A stretch of 64,000 nt of DNA from Deltaproteobacteria bacterium (GTDB lineage: Bacteria; Desulfobacterota; Desulfuromonadia; Geobacterales; JAJYBI01): assembly GCA_021779095.1 (NCBI GenBank), contig JAJYBI010000007.1, positions 56,415 to 120,414 of the forward strand. Reading direction: 5' to 3'. Positions 32,223 through 44,405 of the stretch are shown in pieces (positions within the stretch are counted from its first letter, which is position 1; every line of letters starts with the position of its first letter). Both the position numbers and the translations under genes were made by a program. The notes under the pieces are model-generated. The model saw only the letters and a program-made list of their open reading frames with translations. It made no database searches and had not been told where the DNA came from.

Positions 32223-32250
32223 AAGGAGCAAGGAAACTTGCTCCTTTTTT
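32223..32250 (+). terminator. Rho-independent terminator
   Basis: AAGGAGCAAG-GAAA-CTTGCTCCTT followed by T-run. Confidence 0.85.
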
Positions 32251-32328
32251 CGTTTCAGCATCTTGTCAAGCTGCTTGCTCAGGATAAACTGAATCCTTAT
32301 TATTCAATCTAAGGAGGATTCTGCACCG

Positions 32329-33384
32329 ATGAGCGGTGTAATGACGGCAACGCGTGCCTTTACCGATCGTTTGCTCAGTTGGCTCCGGGGGAAGGGAAGA
32401 ATTTTGATTGTCGTGCACGACAACCCGGACCCAGATTGTTTCGCCTCTGCTCTGGCGCTGTATCACCTGTTCATCGTGAAGTTAAACCGTGAATCGGTTA
32501 TCGCATTTTCCGGCATGATCGGGCGCAGCGAGAATCTTGCCATGGCCAGACTGCTGGAAATTCCCCTTACCCCCCTTGAAATTATCGATCCTACGGAATT
32601 CAACGTCATCTGCATGCTGGATACGCAACCTGGTACGGGGAACAACTCACTTCCCGCTGGATTGACTGCCGATCTGGTCATCGATCACCACCCAATGCGT
32701 GATGCGAGCAAGGAGTGCCGCTGGGTGGATATCCGTGACAATTACGGTGCTACGGCATCCATTCTCTACGAGTATTTGGAGGCACAGGAGGTGGGACTCG
32801 GCACCAAGCTGGCCACTGCTCTGTTTTATGCGATCAAGTCCGAGACGCAGGATCTGGGCCGCGAGTCGGAAGAACATGATCGGAAGGCATATCTGAGCCT
32901 GTTTCCGATGACTAACAAGAAGTTGCTGTACGAAATTACACACCCCAAACTGCCGGCAGAGTATTTCGTTTCCCTCAAAACGGCGATTGAAAATGCACGT
33001 ATTTATGGACCAGTCCTGATCTCTCGGCTTGAATCTATTGTATTTCCGGAAATTGTTGCAGAGCTTGCCGATCTCCTGTTGAACCTGGAGGGGGTGGACA
33101 CCATCCTTTGTTCAGGTGTTTACAACGAAGACTTGATCCTTTCCATGAGAACGGCTCGGACCGATATCAATTCCGGGGAGATGATGAAGCGCGTTGTTTC
33201 CAGTCGGGGCGTCGCAGGAGGACACGGTATGATGGGCGGGGGACGCATCGATAAAGTCCGGATGGATGACGGAACGGAAGATAAGGTGGAAGAGTTGTTT
33301 CTCCATGAACTTGGCGTAGAAATGGTGGGCGCACGGCAGCTGTCTGGTCGGGGCGTTGACAATGGTAAGTCTGGTGCGGTATAA
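32329..33384 (+). CDS. DHH family phosphoesterase
   Basis: HDNPDPD, LDT, IDHH, AGGH motifs. Confidence 0.88.
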   Translation: MSGVMTATRAFTDRLLSWLRGKGRILIVVHDNPDPDCFASALALYHLFIVKLNRESVIAFSGMIGRSENLAMARLLEIPLTPLEIIDPTEFNVICMLDTQPGTGNNSLPAGLTADLVIDHHPMRDASKECRWVDIRDNYGATASILYEYLEAQEVGLGTKLATALFYAIKSETQDLGRESEEHDRKAYLSLFPMTNKKLLYEITHPKLPAEYFVSLKTAIENARIYGPVLISRLESIVFPEIVAELADLLLNLEGVDTILCSGVYNEDLILSMRTARTDINSGEMMKRVVSSRGVAGGHGMMGGGRIDKVRMDDGTEDKVEELFLHELGVEMVGARQLSGRGVDNGKSGAV

Positions 33385-33385
33385 G
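33356..33385 (+). promoter_or_regulatory. Putative sigma70 promoter of rph, embedded in the end of the DHH gene
   Basis: TTGACA-N18-TATAAG. Confidence 0.45.
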
Positions 33386-33416
33386 CAATGGCCATTTTAA
33401 CGGATATGGGAGAGTC

Positions 33417-34133
33417 ATGAGAAAGAACGAACGTGCTGCCAACGAGCTTCGTGGCGTCAAAATAACAAGGCACTTTACCCGGCATGCAGAGGGTTCCGTG
33501 CTGATTGAATTCGGTGATACGCGGGTCATCTGTACCGCATCGGTTGAGGATGGGGTGCCGCCGTTTCTCCGGGGGAAGGGAAGCGGCTGGTTAACAGCGG
33601 AGTACGGCATGCTGCCGCGGGCAACCCATACCCGTTCATCGCGCGAGGCGACAAAGGGGAAGGTCGGCGGACGTACCCATGAGATACAGCGACTCATCGG
33701 GCGTTCATTGCGATCCGTCATTGATTTGACGCTTCTCGGCGAGCGTACCGTGCATATCGACTGCGATGTCATTCAGGCGGATGGGGGAACGCGTACCGCA
33801 TCCATTACCGGTGCCTTCGTTGCGCTCGCCGATGCCATGCAGGTACTGGTCGCACGCGGTGTCATTCCGGCAAATCCGATTACAGAGGCAGTTGCTGCTG
33901 TCAGTGTTGGCATCGTTCGCGGCGAAATACTGCTGGACTTGGACTACGACGAGGATTCCTCGGCGGAGGTGGATATGAACGTCGTCATGACGTCATCGGG
34001 ACGTTTCATCGAGGTGCAGGGGACGGCGGAGGAGGAGCCGTTTTCCAGGTCCCAGATGGATGGAATGATTGATGCTGCCTCGGCCGGGATCAATCGTCTG
34101 ACTGTGTTTCAGACCGAGGCGTTGTCACAATGA
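33417..34133 (+). CDS. rph: Ribonuclease PH
   Basis: [38 protein letters not shown]. Confidence 0.97.
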   Translation: MRKNERAANELRGVKITRHFTRHAEGSVLIEFGDTRVICTASVEDGVPPFLRGKGSGWLTAEYGMLPRATHTRSSREATKGKVGGRTHEIQRLIGRSLRSVIDLTLLGERTVHIDCDVIQADGGTRTASITGAFVALADAMQVLVARGVIPANPITEAVAAVSVGIVRGEILLDLDYDEDSSAEVDMNVVMTSSGRFIEVQGTAEEEPFSRSQMDGMIDAASAGINRLTVFQTEALSQ

Positions 34134-34720
34134 ATGCGCTGGTCGTCGCAACCGGTAATCGAGGAAAGCTGGCCGAGATCCGTGATCTTCTCCGGAATGA
34201 TATCCAGCGGATATATTCACTTGCAGATTTTCCGGGACTCCCTTCAGTCGTCGAGGATGGTGCCACTTTTGCCGAGAATGCAGTAAAGAAGGCGACACAG
34301 ATCGCGCAGGCCGTAGAGATGCCGGTGTTGGCCGATGACTCGGGTCTGGTGGTAGATGCCCTTGGCGGAGAACCGGGGGTCTTTTCCGCCCGGTATGCCG
34401 GAGAAGGGGCAACGGACGCCGAGAACAACGAAAAGCTTCTGCGGGCCTTGCGAGACGTGCCGGAAGGCTGTCGTGATGCGGCATTTCGGTGCGTCGTCGC
34501 ACTCTGTTTGCCCGATGGCAGCTGTACGACCTTTGAAGGGGAGTTGAGAGGGGAGATAGGGGTCACGTTTAAGGGGGGAAGCGGATTTGGATATGATCCC
34601 CTCTTTGTTGTTCCCGCATACGGAAAAACGCTGGCGGAGATGTCTCTCGATGTAAAGAACGGAATCAGTCACCGTGCCCAGGCAATGGGGAAATTTCTCG
34701 ATTTCATGCGCACGATGTAA
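34130..34720 (+). CDS. rdgB: dITP/XTP pyrophosphatase (Ham1)
   Basis: [34 protein letters not shown]. Confidence 0.95.
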   Translation: MNALVVATGNRGKLAEIRDLLRNDIQRIYSLADFPGLPSVVEDGATFAENAVKKATQIAQAVEMPVLADDSGLVVDALGGEPGVFSARYAGEGATDAENNEKLLRALRDVPEGCRDAAFRCVVALCLPDGSCTTFEGELRGEIGVTFKGGSGFGYDPLFVVPAYGKTLAEMSLDVKNGISHRAQAMGKFLDFMRTM

Positions 34721-34726
34721 AAGTGC

Positions 34727-34755
34727 TTGCACTGCGGCGTATTCTGTGGTACAAA
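34727..34755 (+). promoter_or_regulatory. Putative sigma70 promoter of the tRNA cluster
   Basis: TTGCAC-N17-TACAAA with extended -10 TG, 15 nt before tRNA-Pro. Confidence 0.5.
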
Positions 34756-34769
34756 TCGGCTCTTCGTAA

Positions 34770-34847
<78 letters not shown>

Positions 34848-34852
34848 ACTCT

Positions 34853-34929
<77 letters not shown>

Positions 34930-34946
34930 ACCCCGACATAATTTAT

Positions 34947-35023
34947 GGTGGCTATGGTGAAGCGGTTAACACTTACGACTGTGACTCGTACATACGTGGG
35001 TTCGAATCCCACTAGCCACCCCA
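34947..35023 (+). tRNA. tRNA-His(GTG)
   Basis: Anticodon arm TACGA-CT-GTG-AC-TCGTA; G-1:C73 pair; CCA end. Confidence 0.93.
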
Positions 35024-35031
35024 TCTAACAC

Positions 35032-35060
35032 AAGGCCCCGTGTCAAGCGGGGCTTATTTG
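35032..35060 (+). terminator. Hairpin/possible terminator between tRNA-His and tRNA-Leu
   Basis: AAGGCCCCG..CGGGGCTT followed by ATTTG. Confidence 0.5.
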
Positions 35061-35076
35061 TATGGTGTATCGACCT

Positions 35077-35159
35077 GCGAGAGTGGCGGAACTGGCAGAC
35101 GCACCAGACTTAGGATCTGGCGGGTAACCGTAGGGGTTCGACTCCCCTCTCTCGCACCA
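35077..35159 (+). tRNA. tRNA-Leu(TAG)
   Basis: Anticodon arm CCAGA-CT-TAG-GA-TCTGG, variable arm, CCA end; upstream of tig. Confidence 0.95.
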
Positions 35160-35243
35160 TGCTAATCTCCTCCTTGAATCAATACGACCTCCCGTGTTCT
35201 GAAAAGATACACGTCCATTTTTCCAGCAAGAAAGGTTAGTGCG

Positions 35244-36542
35244 ATGAATGTACAGGTAGAAGATCTGAGCAGCGTGAAAAAGAAGATCAATTTTGTCGTT
35301 CCCGCTGAACGTGTTGCGGCCGAAATCGACAAAGTATATGCGGAGATCCAGAAGTATGCGTCTGTCAAAGGATTCCGTAAGGGGAAGGTGCCCCGCGCTT
35401 TTCTGGAAAAGCATTATGTGGAACAGATGGCGGAAAACGTTCTGAAGAACCTGGTGAATGACACCTACTTCAAGGCTCTCTACGAACAAAAAATTGTGCC
35501 GGTTGCTCATCCCGAGATTGAAAGTGACGATGTAGTAAAGGGAGAGCCGCTGAAGTACTCGGCAACCATCGAGGTCATGCCCGAAATCAAAGAGTGCGAC
35601 TACAAGGGACTCGCTGTGAAGAAGGAGTCCTTTATCCTGGATGAGTCGGTGATCGACGGCCGCATCCGGGAGATGCAGGAATCTCAGGCACAGATCAAGC
35701 CGGCAGAAGAGGGGTATGCCGCTGCAAACGGCGATTACGTCATCATCGATTTCGTCGGACATCTGGACGGCGTGCCTTTTGAGAACGGCACGGGGGAGGA
35801 CTATCCGCTTGAACTCGGTTCCGGTCGGTTCATTCCCGGTTTCGAAGAGCAGCTCGTGGGCGTGAAGTCCGGAGAGGTTCGGGAGATAACCGTGCCGTTC
35901 CCCGCCGACTACGGCAACAAGGAACTTGCCGGCAGGGATGCGATGTTCAGGGTGACCGTGACGGATGTCAAGACGAAGGAGCTGCCCGAGCTTAACGAAG
36001 AATTCGCCTCACAGTTTGGAGAGTTCAAGAGCATGGACGAACTGCGGGCGAAACTCGTTGAGATATACGAGCAGCAGGAGCGTGACCGGATCGAGAGCGA
36101 ACTGAAGGATCGGGTCGTCAAGGCTCTGGTGGAAAGGAACACGCCCGAGGTTCCCGAAACGCTGGTCAAAAGCCAGCTTGAATCGATGCTGGAGAGCACG
36201 AAGAACCGCCTTGCCGCGCAGCGGATGACCCTGGAGATGATGGGGGTCGACGAGAACAAGTTCAGGGAGCAGTATCGCAATGTGGCTGAGCTCCAGGTGA
36301 AGGGGATGGTGCTGCTCGATGCGGTGGGGAGACTTGAAGGGATTACCGTCGAAGAGAGCGATATCGACAAGCATGTGGAAGAGATCGCAGCCGCCAACCA
36401 CCAGAATGCGGACGCCGTGAAGAAACACTACCAGCAAAAGCAGGCCCGCGAGTCTCTGACCGTGCAGTTGCGTGAAGACAAGGCGATGGACCTGGTCCTG
36501 GCTAACGCATGCATTACCGAAGTCGCACGCGCCGAAATCTGA
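35244..36542 (+). CDS. tig: Trigger factor
   Basis: GFRKGKVP ribosome-binding motif, FKBP domain FIPGFEEQL. Confidence 0.96.
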   Translation: MNVQVEDLSSVKKKINFVVPAERVAAEIDKVYAEIQKYASVKGFRKGKVPRAFLEKHYVEQMAENVLKNLVNDTYFKALYEQKIVPVAHPEIESDDVVKGEPLKYSATIEVMPEIKECDYKGLAVKKESFILDESVIDGRIREMQESQAQIKPAEEGYAAANGDYVIIDFVGHLDGVPFENGTGEDYPLELGSGRFIPGFEEQLVGVKSGEVREITVPFPADYGNKELAGRDAMFRVTVTDVKTKELPELNEEFASQFGEFKSMDELRAKLVEIYEQQERDRIESELKDRVVKALVERNTPEVPETLVKSQLESMLESTKNRLAAQRMTLEMMGVDENKFREQYRNVAELQVKGMVLLDAVGRLEGITVEESDIDKHVEEIAAANHQNADAVKKHYQQKQARESLTVQLREDKAMDLVLANACITEVARAEI

Positions 36543-36560
36543 TTTTTCCGGGGGACTACC

Positions 36561-37148
36561 ATGCTTGTACCTATCGTCGTAGAGCAGACGGGCCGGGGCG
36601 AACGCTCCTATGACATCTATTCCCGCTTGCTGAAGGACCGGATTATTTTTCTCGGCGGCGGTATCGACGATACCCTGTCGAATCTGGTCATTGCCCAGCT
36701 CCTGTTTCTTGAGGCAGAGGACCCGGACAAGGATATTCACCTCTATATCAATTCGCCCGGCGGTGTTGTTACGTCCGGAATGGCGATCTATGATACCATG
36801 CAGTACATCAAGGCGCCCGTTTCCACCATCTGTGTCGGGCAGGCCGCATCAATGGCGGCGCTGCTCCTTGCCGGGGGAGAAAAGGGGAAGCGGTACTGCC
36901 TTTCCCATTCACGGGTCATGATCCATCAGCCGCTCGGCGGATTCCAGGGACAGGCCACGGATATCCATATCCATGCCCAGGAGATCCTCAAGATGAAAAA
37001 GTCGTTGAACATGCTCCTCAGCAAGGATACGGGCCAGCAACTGGAAAAGGTCGAGACGGACACGGAACGCGACTATTTTATGTCTGGAGAGGAAGCGGTC
37101 AGCTATGGTATAGTTGATCAGGTATTTATGAGAAATCCCAGCGTGTGA
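36561..37148 (+). CDS. clpP: ATP-dependent Clp protease proteolytic subunit
   Basis: [32 protein letters not shown]. Confidence 0.97.
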   Translation: MLVPIVVEQTGRGERSYDIYSRLLKDRIIFLGGGIDDTLSNLVIAQLLFLEAEDPDKDIHLYINSPGGVVTSGMAIYDTMQYIKAPVSTICVGQAASMAALLLAGGEKGKRYCLSHSRVMIHQPLGGFQGQATDIHIHAQEILKMKKSLNMLLSKDTGQQLEKVETDTERDYFMSGEEAVSYGIVDQVFMRNPSV

Positions 37149-37155
37149 GGTTACC

Positions 37156-38409
37156 GTGACGAAACGTGATGACAAGACAGATAACCTGACCTGTTCGTTC
37201 TGCGGGAAGAGCCAGGATGAGGTAAAGAAGCTCATCGCCGGCCCGACGGTATACATCTGCGATGAGTGCATCGAACTCTGCAATGACATCATCGCCGAAG
37301 AGAACCGACTGGAGGAAACTCTCGGACCCGATGTGAAGCGGCTTCCGAAGCCTCAGGAGATCAAGGAGGTCCTGGACGAATACGTCATCGGCCAGGACCA
37401 GGCTAAAAAGGTCCTTGCCGTCGCTGTCTACAATCATTACAAGCGCGTCGAAACGATGGGCAAGCCGGGCGATGTGGAGATGCAGAAGAGTAACATCCTG
37501 CTCTTGGGGCCCACCGGTTCCGGGAAGACGCTTCTCGCTCAGACGCTTGCAAAGATTCTCAAGGTCCCGTTTGCCATGGCCGATGCAACGAATCTTACGG
37601 AAGCCGGCTACGTGGGGGAGGATGTTGAGAACATCATCCTGAACCTGCTGCAGGCATCCGACTACGACGTGGAGCGCGCCCAGAAGGGGATCATCTACAT
37701 CGACGAGATCGACAAGATTGCCCGCAAGACCGACTCCCCGTCCATTACCCGCGACGTCTCGGGTGAAGGGGTCCAGCAGGCGCTCCTGAAGATCATCGAG
37801 GGGACCGTCGCCAGCGTTCCTCCCAAGGGGGGGCGGAAGCATCCCCAGCAGGAGTTCCTCAAGATCGACACGACGAACATCCTTTTCGTCTGCGGCGGTG
37901 CTTTTGCCGGTCTGGACAGCATCATCCAGCAGCGGATCGGGGTGAAGAGCCTCGGTTTCGGCGCGGACGTGAAGAAGAAGGTGGAGAAGAAAGCGGGCGA
38001 ACTTCTTACCGATGCCACGCCGGAAGACCTCCTGAAATTCGGGTTCATTCCCGAGTTCGTTGGCCGTCTGCCGGTCCTGGCGACCCTGAGCGAACTGGAC
38101 GAGGACGCCATGGTGCAGATCCTCAAGGAACCGAAAAACGCGTTGGTGAAGCAGTACCAGAAGCTGTTCGAGATGGAGCATGTGCGGCTCAAGTTTACCG
38201 ACGGTTCGCTTGTGGCGATCGCCCGCGAGGCACTCAAGCGTAAGACCGGTGCCCGGGGACTGCGTTCGATCCTCGAGAACGCCATGCTCGATATCATGTA
38301 TGAGATCCCATCGCAGACGATGGTCAAAGAGGTCGTCATCAACGAGGATGTCATCTACAACCGTGAAAAACCGATTATCGTCTACGAACCGGTGGCCGAG
38401 TCGGCATAA
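37156..38409 (+). CDS. clpX: ATP-dependent Clp protease ATP-binding subunit
   Basis: CSFCGK..ICDEC zinc finger, [17 protein letters not shown] loop. Confidence 0.97.
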   Translation: MTKRDDKTDNLTCSFCGKSQDEVKKLIAGPTVYICDECIELCNDIIAEENRLEETLGPDVKRLPKPQEIKEVLDEYVIGQDQAKKVLAVAVYNHYKRVETMGKPGDVEMQKSNILLLGPTGSGKTLLAQTLAKILKVPFAMADATNLTEAGYVGEDVENIILNLLQASDYDVERAQKGIIYIDEIDKIARKTDSPSITRDVSGEGVQQALLKIIEGTVASVPPKGGRKHPQQEFLKIDTTNILFVCGGAFAGLDSIIQQRIGVKSLGFGADVKKKVEKKAGELLTDATPEDLLKFGFIPEFVGRLPVLATLSELDEDAMVQILKEPKNALVKQYQKLFEMEHVRLKFTDGSLVAIAREALKRKTGARGLRSILENAMLDIMYEIPSQTMVKEVVINEDVIYNREKPIIVYEPVAESA

Positions 38410-38418
38410 CCAGGGGTA

Positions 38419-40839
38419 ATGATGACCGTTACAAAGGTTAGTGAACTCTCGGGAGGGAATCTGCAAAGGTTCCCTCTTTTGCCTTTGCGGGACATCGTGG
38501 TGTTTCCGACCATGGTGGTCCCGCTGTTCGTCGGCCGCGAGAAATCGATCCGTGCGCTGGAAGCCGCCATGGCTGACGGGAAGTTGATATTTCTGGCGGC
38601 GCAGAAAAATGCGAAGACGGAAGACCCTCGCGGCGAGGATATCTTCTCCGCCGGTTCGCTCTGCAAGATCATCCAGTTGCTGAAACTGCCCGACGGTACC
38701 GTCAAGGTACTCGTCGAGGGTAAGCAGCGGGGCACCATCGTGTCGCTGCACGAGGATACGGATTATTTTGTCGTGAGCGTTGAGCTGGTGCAGTCGGCAG
38801 AGGATGTCGATGCCGTGACCTCTGCGTTGACCAGGAGCGTGCATGCGGCATTCGAGAAATATGCGAAGACCGGCGGCAAAATCCCTGCAGAACTCGTGTC
38901 ATCAACGCTCGATACTACCGATCCCGACCTGCTGGCGGATAGTGTCGTCGGGCATCTTTCGCTCAAACTGGAGGAGAAGCAGGAATTCCTTTCCCTGATC
39001 GACCCCGCCCGCCGGCTTGAAAAGTTACTCGGTCTGCTGGAGTCGGAACTTGAGATTCTCCAGATCGAGAAGAAGATCAGAAGTCGGGTCAAGAAGCAGA
39101 TGGAGCGCTCACAGAAGGAGTACTATCTGAATGAGCAGATGCGCGCCATTCAGAAGGAACTTGGTAACAAGGATGACTTCCGCCAGGAACTGCAGGAGCT
39201 GGAGGCGAAGCTTGAGAGCCTGAAACTTCCCCCTGAGGCACGTCAAAAGGGGACTGCGGAACTGAAGAAACTGCGCCTCATGTCACCCATGTCCGCCGAG
39301 GCAGCCGTTGTGCGCAATTATCTCGACTGGCTGGTGTCGGTCCCGTGGAACAGGTTCACCCGGGAGAAGCGTGATATGGCGCAGGCCAGTGCGATTCTCG
39401 AGCGCGATCATTACGGCCTCGAAAAGGTGAAGGAACGGATACTCGAGCAGCTTTCGGTGCATGTACTGTCAAGGCGGATCAAAGGACCGATACTCTGTCT
39501 GGTCGGCCCACCCGGTGTCGGCAAGACATCCCTGGCGCGATCCATTGCCGAGGCGACAGGGAGAAAATTCATCAAGGTATCTCTCGGGGGGGTACGCGAC
39601 GAGTCGGAGATTCGCGGACATCGACGTACCTACGTCGGCGCCATGCCGGGGAAGATCATCCATGGGCTGAAACGTGCCGGAACGAGTAACCCGCTGTTCC
39701 TGCTGGACGAAATCGACAAGCTCAGCTCGGACTTCCGTGGTGACCCCGCTTCGGCACTGCTGGAGGTGCTCGATCCCGAGCAGAACGCTCTGTTCAACGA
39801 TCACTTCCTCGACGTCGAGTACAACCTCTCACGGATCATGTTCATCACAACCGCAAACTCGCTCCATTCCATCCCCCGACCGCTTCTGGACCGGATGGAG
39901 GTCATCAAGATCGATGGTTATACGGAGCTTGAGAAGCTGAACATCGCGCAACAATACCTCGTCGCCAAGCAGCGGGAGGCTAACGGGTTGTCGGAAGGTG
40001 ACGTGTGTGTCGCCGATGATGCCCTGCTCCAGATTATCCGTGGATATACCCGCGAGGCGGGGGTGCGGAACCTCGACCGGTCCATCGGCAAGGTCTTCCG
40101 CAAGATTGCACACAAGAAAGTGACCGGTGCATCGCGCCCGTCGACCGTATCGTCTGATAATCTCCGTGATTTTCTCGGCCTGCCTCTGTTCCGGACGAAA
40201 GCGAACGAGGCAGCCGCCTCTGTCGGCGTCGTGACGGGGCTGGCCTGGACCGAGACGGGGGGGGACCTGCTGGATATCGAGGTCGCCGTTTTGCCGGGGA
40301 AGGGGAAGCTGAATGTCACCGGCAAACTTGGCGAGGTGATGCAGGAGTCGGCCCAGACGGCCATGACGTACGTCCGGTCGCGGGGTGAACTGCTTGGGTT
40401 GGAGCGTGATTTCTACCAGAACGCCGATATCCATATTCATGTCCCCGAAGGTGCGATCCCGAAGGACGGCCCCTCCGCGGGAATTACCATGGCAACTGCA
40501 CTTGTCTCCGCCTTGACCGGCAGAGGTGTGGCCGGGGATATTGCCATGACGGGGGAGATCACCCTGCGCGGACGCGTTCTTGCCATCGGCGGACTGAAGG
40601 AGAAACTGCTGGCCGCGCGCAGGGGAGGGATACGGACCGTTCTGATCCCAAAGGAGAACGAACGTGACCTGCTGGAGATCCCGGCGGAGGTAACCGAGTC
40701 GCTGGAGGTCATCCCGGTTGCCCATATGGATGATGTCCTGGCCCGCGCCGTCCATGGGTATGCGGAGCTGGTCCGGGTGCAGGATGCGGCGATGCCTTGC
40801 ATGGAGCCGCTCCACGAACATACCGCCACCTCGCATTGA
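38419..40839 (+). CDS. lon: Lon protease
   Basis: [32 protein letters not shown]. Confidence 0.96.
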   Translation: MMTVTKVSELSGGNLQRFPLLPLRDIVVFPTMVVPLFVGREKSIRALEAAMADGKLIFLAAQKNAKTEDPRGEDIFSAGSLCKIIQLLKLPDGTVKVLVEGKQRGTIVSLHEDTDYFVVSVELVQSAEDVDAVTSALTRSVHAAFEKYAKTGGKIPAELVSSTLDTTDPDLLADSVVGHLSLKLEEKQEFLSLIDPARRLEKLLGLLESELEILQIEKKIRSRVKKQMERSQKEYYLNEQMRAIQKELGNKDDFRQELQELEAKLESLKLPPEARQKGTAELKKLRLMSPMSAEAAVVRNYLDWLVSVPWNRFTREKRDMAQASAILERDHYGLEKVKERILEQLSVHVLSRRIKGPILCLVGPPGVGKTSLARSIAEATGRKFIKVSLGGVRDESEIRGHRRTYVGAMPGKIIHGLKRAGTSNPLFLLDEIDKLSSDFRGDPASALLEVLDPEQNALFNDHFLDVEYNLSRIMFITTANSLHSIPRPLLDRMEVIKIDGYTELEKLNIAQQYLVAKQREANGLSEGDVCVADDALLQIIRGYTREAGVRNLDRSIGKVFRKIAHKKVTGASRPSTVSSDNLRDFLGLPLFRTKANEAAASVGVVTGLAWTETGGDLLDIEVAVLPGKGKLNVTGKLGEVMQESAQTAMTYVRSRGELLGLERDFYQNADIHIHVPEGAIPKDGPSAGITMATALVSALTGRGVAGDIAMTGEITLRGRVLAIGGLKEKLLAARRGGIRTVLIPKENERDLLEIPAEVTESLEVIPVAHMDDVLARAVHGYAELVRVQDAAMPCMEPLHEHTATSH

Positions 40840-40864
40840 TGCTGGCTGGGGGGCGAATTACCGG

Positions 40865-40893
40865 TTGACAGCGACGGGGAAACATTGTATAAA
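40865..40893 (+). promoter_or_regulatory. Sigma70 promoter of tRNA-Cys
   Basis: TTGACA-N17-TATAAA. Confidence 0.7.
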
Positions 40894-40922
40894 ACCACTT
40901 CTTGTTGTCAGGAAGTGCTCAT

Positions 40923-40997
<75 letters not shown>

Positions 40998-40999
40998 AA

Positions 41000-41044
41000 A
41001 AAAAGACAAGGGGTTAGCCGAACAGGCCGACCCCTTTTGTTTTA
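41000..41044 (+). terminator. Rho-independent terminator after tRNA-Cys
   Basis: AAGGGGTT..GACCCCTT stem followed by TTGTTTTT. Confidence 0.7.
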
Positions 41045-41215
41045 CCTGCACCCATTGGGCATCCTCGCCTGATTGTGTAATTCATTCCGTATCTATCTGG
41101 AAGCCGTGTCCGTTGTTTCGCCATAGTGCTGAAACGGCGGCGCGTACGGAGGGTGTTGCGGCTCGTAATTGCGTTAATCCGGTGTCTCATGGGTAACGGG
41201 GGGACGGACAACGTC

Positions 41216-42574
41216 ATGAATGTCGAGACGAACAACAGGATGCCATGCATCGGAGTGCATCGGCTCGTTGTTGCATTTCTCGTGACGCTCTGCATACGTG
41301 GTATGGTGTGTTGTGACGGAGCTGCTGCAGACGGCGTTCCTTCGCCGGCACCTGTAGTCCGGCACGTCAGTGCCTACAACGTCGATGAAAGCGTCCACAC
41401 CCCGTATGCGGGTGATGCATGCGAGACAACGGTCTTCGGCAGAAAGATAGACATCCCCCCCCGCGACCGGAATAACCTGCGCTCATTCACCCTTGGCGGT
41501 AATTTCTATTACCACAAGGTGGGAAGTGAGCGGGGCGCCCCGATCGTCGCATTCTATTACCGGCACGGCGGCGAAAAGTGGTGGAACCGGGATATCGTCG
41601 GCCTGTTCGTCAACGAGGTGGATGTTGCCCGCAACTACGGCAGATTCCAGCTTCTCGGCCACTTCGACAACAACACCGTGCCGTTTGCCGACACGGAAAT
41701 TCAGAACGGCCGGGAGATCAAGTCCAGCTCCGTTATCTGGGGAACCGTATCGGGATGGCTGGGTGCCGGTATCCGGGTGCCGGTTGCGCCGTTCCAGGCG
41801 GACAACGACCTGCGGGTCCAGCTGTTCTACCACGCCGGCTATTTCTACGACATGCGAACGGGTAATACCGGAGCCGACGTCCGACTGCCGCCGGATACCT
41901 TCACTCACGGGCTCCGTTTCCGGATACGGTACGACGGACTCCGACGGAATATCATGGAACTCCCTCACGAAGGGTGGGCGTGGGGAGGCGATGCGGAGTT
42001 GTCGCGGCGCGACAGCTGGTCCGACAGCACATTCGGCAATCTGCCGTTTTACCGAAACGAGACCCGCGACTACCTGAAGCTTTCAGGGTACGTCATCGGT
42101 GCCATGGGGATACCGGGACTCTCCGAACGGAATCGCTTTATCTGGTACCTGCACGGTGGCGGAACTCCCTACGGAAGGCTTGACCGCTTCTCCTCCTTCC
42201 GCGCCGGTGGCGGACCGTTCCCGAACGAGTCGGACGACCTCTACCGACTCCCCTATCCCGGTGCGCTGTACAACAACTTTCCGGTGTCCGACTACGTGGT
42301 CAGTACCCTCGAATACCGCCGGGAGCTACTGCTCTTTCTGTACCTGCATCTGCGCGGGACCTTCGCCTGGGGGGCCAACCGGCCCGACTATACCACGAGC
42401 CCGGAACTGAAGCTGAAGCTGAGCACCACGGATGCCGAGGCGTATTCCATTGGACTCACCAGCGGTTTTTTCGGCGATTCACAGCTCTACCTCGAGTATG
42501 CCTACGATACGACGCTGCTGCGAAACGGCACCTCCGGCAGGAGTTTCATGCTGCTCTGGTCGAAGTCCTTCTGA
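41216..42574 (+). CDS. Hypothetical outer-membrane beta-barrel protein
   Basis: Signal-like N-terminus, alternating aromatic beta-strand pattern, C-terminal FMLLWSKSF beta-signal; start uncertain (41216/41240). Confidence 0.6.
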   Translation: MNVETNNRMPCIGVHRLVVAFLVTLCIRGMVCCDGAAADGVPSPAPVVRHVSAYNVDESVHTPYAGDACETTVFGRKIDIPPRDRNNLRSFTLGGNFYYHKVGSERGAPIVAFYYRHGGEKWWNRDIVGLFVNEVDVARNYGRFQLLGHFDNNTVPFADTEIQNGREIKSSSVIWGTVSGWLGAGIRVPVAPFQADNDLRVQLFYHAGYFYDMRTGNTGADVRLPPDTFTHGLRFRIRYDGLRRNIMELPHEGWAWGGDAELSRRDSWSDSTFGNLPFYRNETRDYLKLSGYVIGAMGIPGLSERNRFIWYLHGGGTPYGRLDRFSSFRAGGGPFPNESDDLYRLPYPGALYNNFPVSDYVVSTLEYRRELLLFLYLHLRGTFAWGANRPDYTTSPELKLKLSTTDAEAYSIGLTSGFFGDSQLYLEYAYDTTLLRNGTSGRSFMLLWSKSF

Positions 42575-42614
42575 ATCTATCCACACGTAACCATTTGTTT
42601 GAGAGGAAGTTTGC

Positions 42615-44267
42615 ATGCAGACGAAAACCTATGTCATCGGACATCGGAATCCCGACACCGACTCCATCGCTTCGGCAATCGCGTACGCGGAACTGAAGCG
42701 GTTGCAGGGTGACCTGTCGGTAGAAGCCGCCATGGCGGGCGACCCGAACCCCCAGACGAGTTACGTCCTGGAGCGGCTTGATATAGCGCATCCTCTGTAC
42801 CTTGCGGATGTGCATCCCAAGGTTGCCGATGTCCTGAACCGCGAGCCGGTGACGGCCCACCCCGACGTGCCGCTTCTGAACGTCCTCGAACTGTTCCACC
42901 GTAACAACATCCGGGTGCTGCCGATCGTGGATGACGGAGGGAAACCGTCGGGGCTCGTTTCGCTGCTGCGGCTGTCCGAGAAGTACCTGGTGGCCGGGCG
43001 CGACCGGATGCGGGGAGTGAACACCTCCCTGCGACTCCTTGCCGGCTGTCTCGAAGGGGATTTCCTGGCCGGCGAGGCGACCGTTGAGGTGGAGCATCTC
43101 CACCTGTTCATCGGGGCGATGCTGGAGGAGTCGTTCTCCTCACGCATCGGCGAGTACGCGGTGGATCAGCTCATGATCATGACGGGTGACCGGCGGACGA
43201 TCCAGCAGGCAGCCATCGAGCGCGGCGTCCGCCTGCTCATCGTCACCGGCGGCCACACGGTGGAGGACGACCTCCTCGTCAGGGCTGCGGCACGCGGCGT
43301 TACCGTTCTGTCCACGCCGTTCGACACGGCCACGGCTGCCTGGGTCGTGAGACATTCAACGCCGGTCGGGCTGTTCGCGGAGGCCGGTTTCGAGAAGATC
43401 GGCGTGGCGGAGCCGCTCAGCCATCTGCGGCTGAAGCTGCTCAACAGCTCCGAGCCGGCCGTCGTCGTGGTGGAGGAGGACGGCACGCTGGCCGGTATCG
43501 CCACCAAATCGTCACTCCTTGCCCCTCATCGCGCCTCGCTTATCCTGGTGGATCACAACGAGCTCGGTCAGGCGGTCCCCGGCGCGGAGGAGCTGGAGAT
43601 CCGCGAGGTGATCGACCATCACAAGCTCGGGAACAGCCACACGCAGCAGCCGGTAACCTTCATCACCGCCCCCGTGGGGAGTACCTGCACGCTCGTTGCC
43701 GGGATCTACCGTCAGGAAGGGGTGGAGCCGCCGGCACCCATCGCGGCGCTGCTCCTTGCCGGTATCCTCTCTGATACGGTCATCCTCAAGTCTCCCACCA
43801 CCACCCCGCGCGACCGCGATACGGTCGTCTGGCTGGAGGCGTTGGCCGGGCTCGATCACGGGACCTTCGGCCGCGAGATCTTCTCCGCCTGTTCCGGTCT
43901 GTCCGGCTACGGTTCGCCGGAGAAGGTCATTACGACGGACTTCAAGGCCTTTTCCGCCGGCGACGTCCGGTTCGGTGTCGGCCAGGTGGAGGTGATCGGG
44001 TTCGACGAGTTCTTCTCCATGAAGGCTGAGCTGCAGGAGGCACTCGGCGAGGTGAAGCGACGGGAGAACCTGGCGTTTGCCGGCCTGATGGTGACTGACA
44101 TCTATTCCGAATCGACCCTGTTCCTCGTTGAGGGTAAAAACGAGCTGGCGCATGTCATGGGGCACCCCCAGATCGAGCCGCACCTGTACGAACTGAAAGG
44201 GGTCATGTCGCGGAAGAAGCAGATGGTCCCCCATCTGTTGAAGGTGCTGGAGCGGCTGCAGGGATAG
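42615..44267 (+). CDS. ppaC: Mn-dependent family II inorganic pyrophosphatase with CBS-DRTGG insert
   Basis: GHRNPDTDS, LVDHNE, IDHH, PVGSTCT, SDT..KSPTT, SRKKQ; GDR/VTGG insert. Confidence 0.92.
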   Translation: MQTKTYVIGHRNPDTDSIASAIAYAELKRLQGDLSVEAAMAGDPNPQTSYVLERLDIAHPLYLADVHPKVADVLNREPVTAHPDVPLLNVLELFHRNNIRVLPIVDDGGKPSGLVSLLRLSEKYLVAGRDRMRGVNTSLRLLAGCLEGDFLAGEATVEVEHLHLFIGAMLEESFSSRIGEYAVDQLMIMTGDRRTIQQAAIERGVRLLIVTGGHTVEDDLLVRAAARGVTVLSTPFDTATAAWVVRHSTPVGLFAEAGFEKIGVAEPLSHLRLKLLNSSEPAVVVVEEDGTLAGIATKSSLLAPHRASLILVDHNELGQAVPGAEELEIREVIDHHKLGNSHTQQPVTFITAPVGSTCTLVAGIYRQEGVEPPAPIAALLLAGILSDTVILKSPTTTPRDRDTVVWLEALAGLDHGTFGREIFSACSGLSGYGSPEKVITTDFKAFSAGDVRFGVGQVEVIGFDEFFSMKAELQEALGEVKRRENLAFAGLMVTDIYSESTLFLVEGKNELAHVMGHPQIEPHLYELKGVMSRKKQMVPHLLKVLERLQG

Positions 44268-44405
44268 GCACGCGGGACAACCGCAGTACAGGCTCCCGGG
44301 AGGTGCGAACGCAGTAAACGAGCCGCTCCAGAGAGCTTTTTGTTTTACATCGGCCGGCTGTTTTGTTACGATTATCAGTCGATTTTACCGGTTCAAAGAG
44401 GGTTC

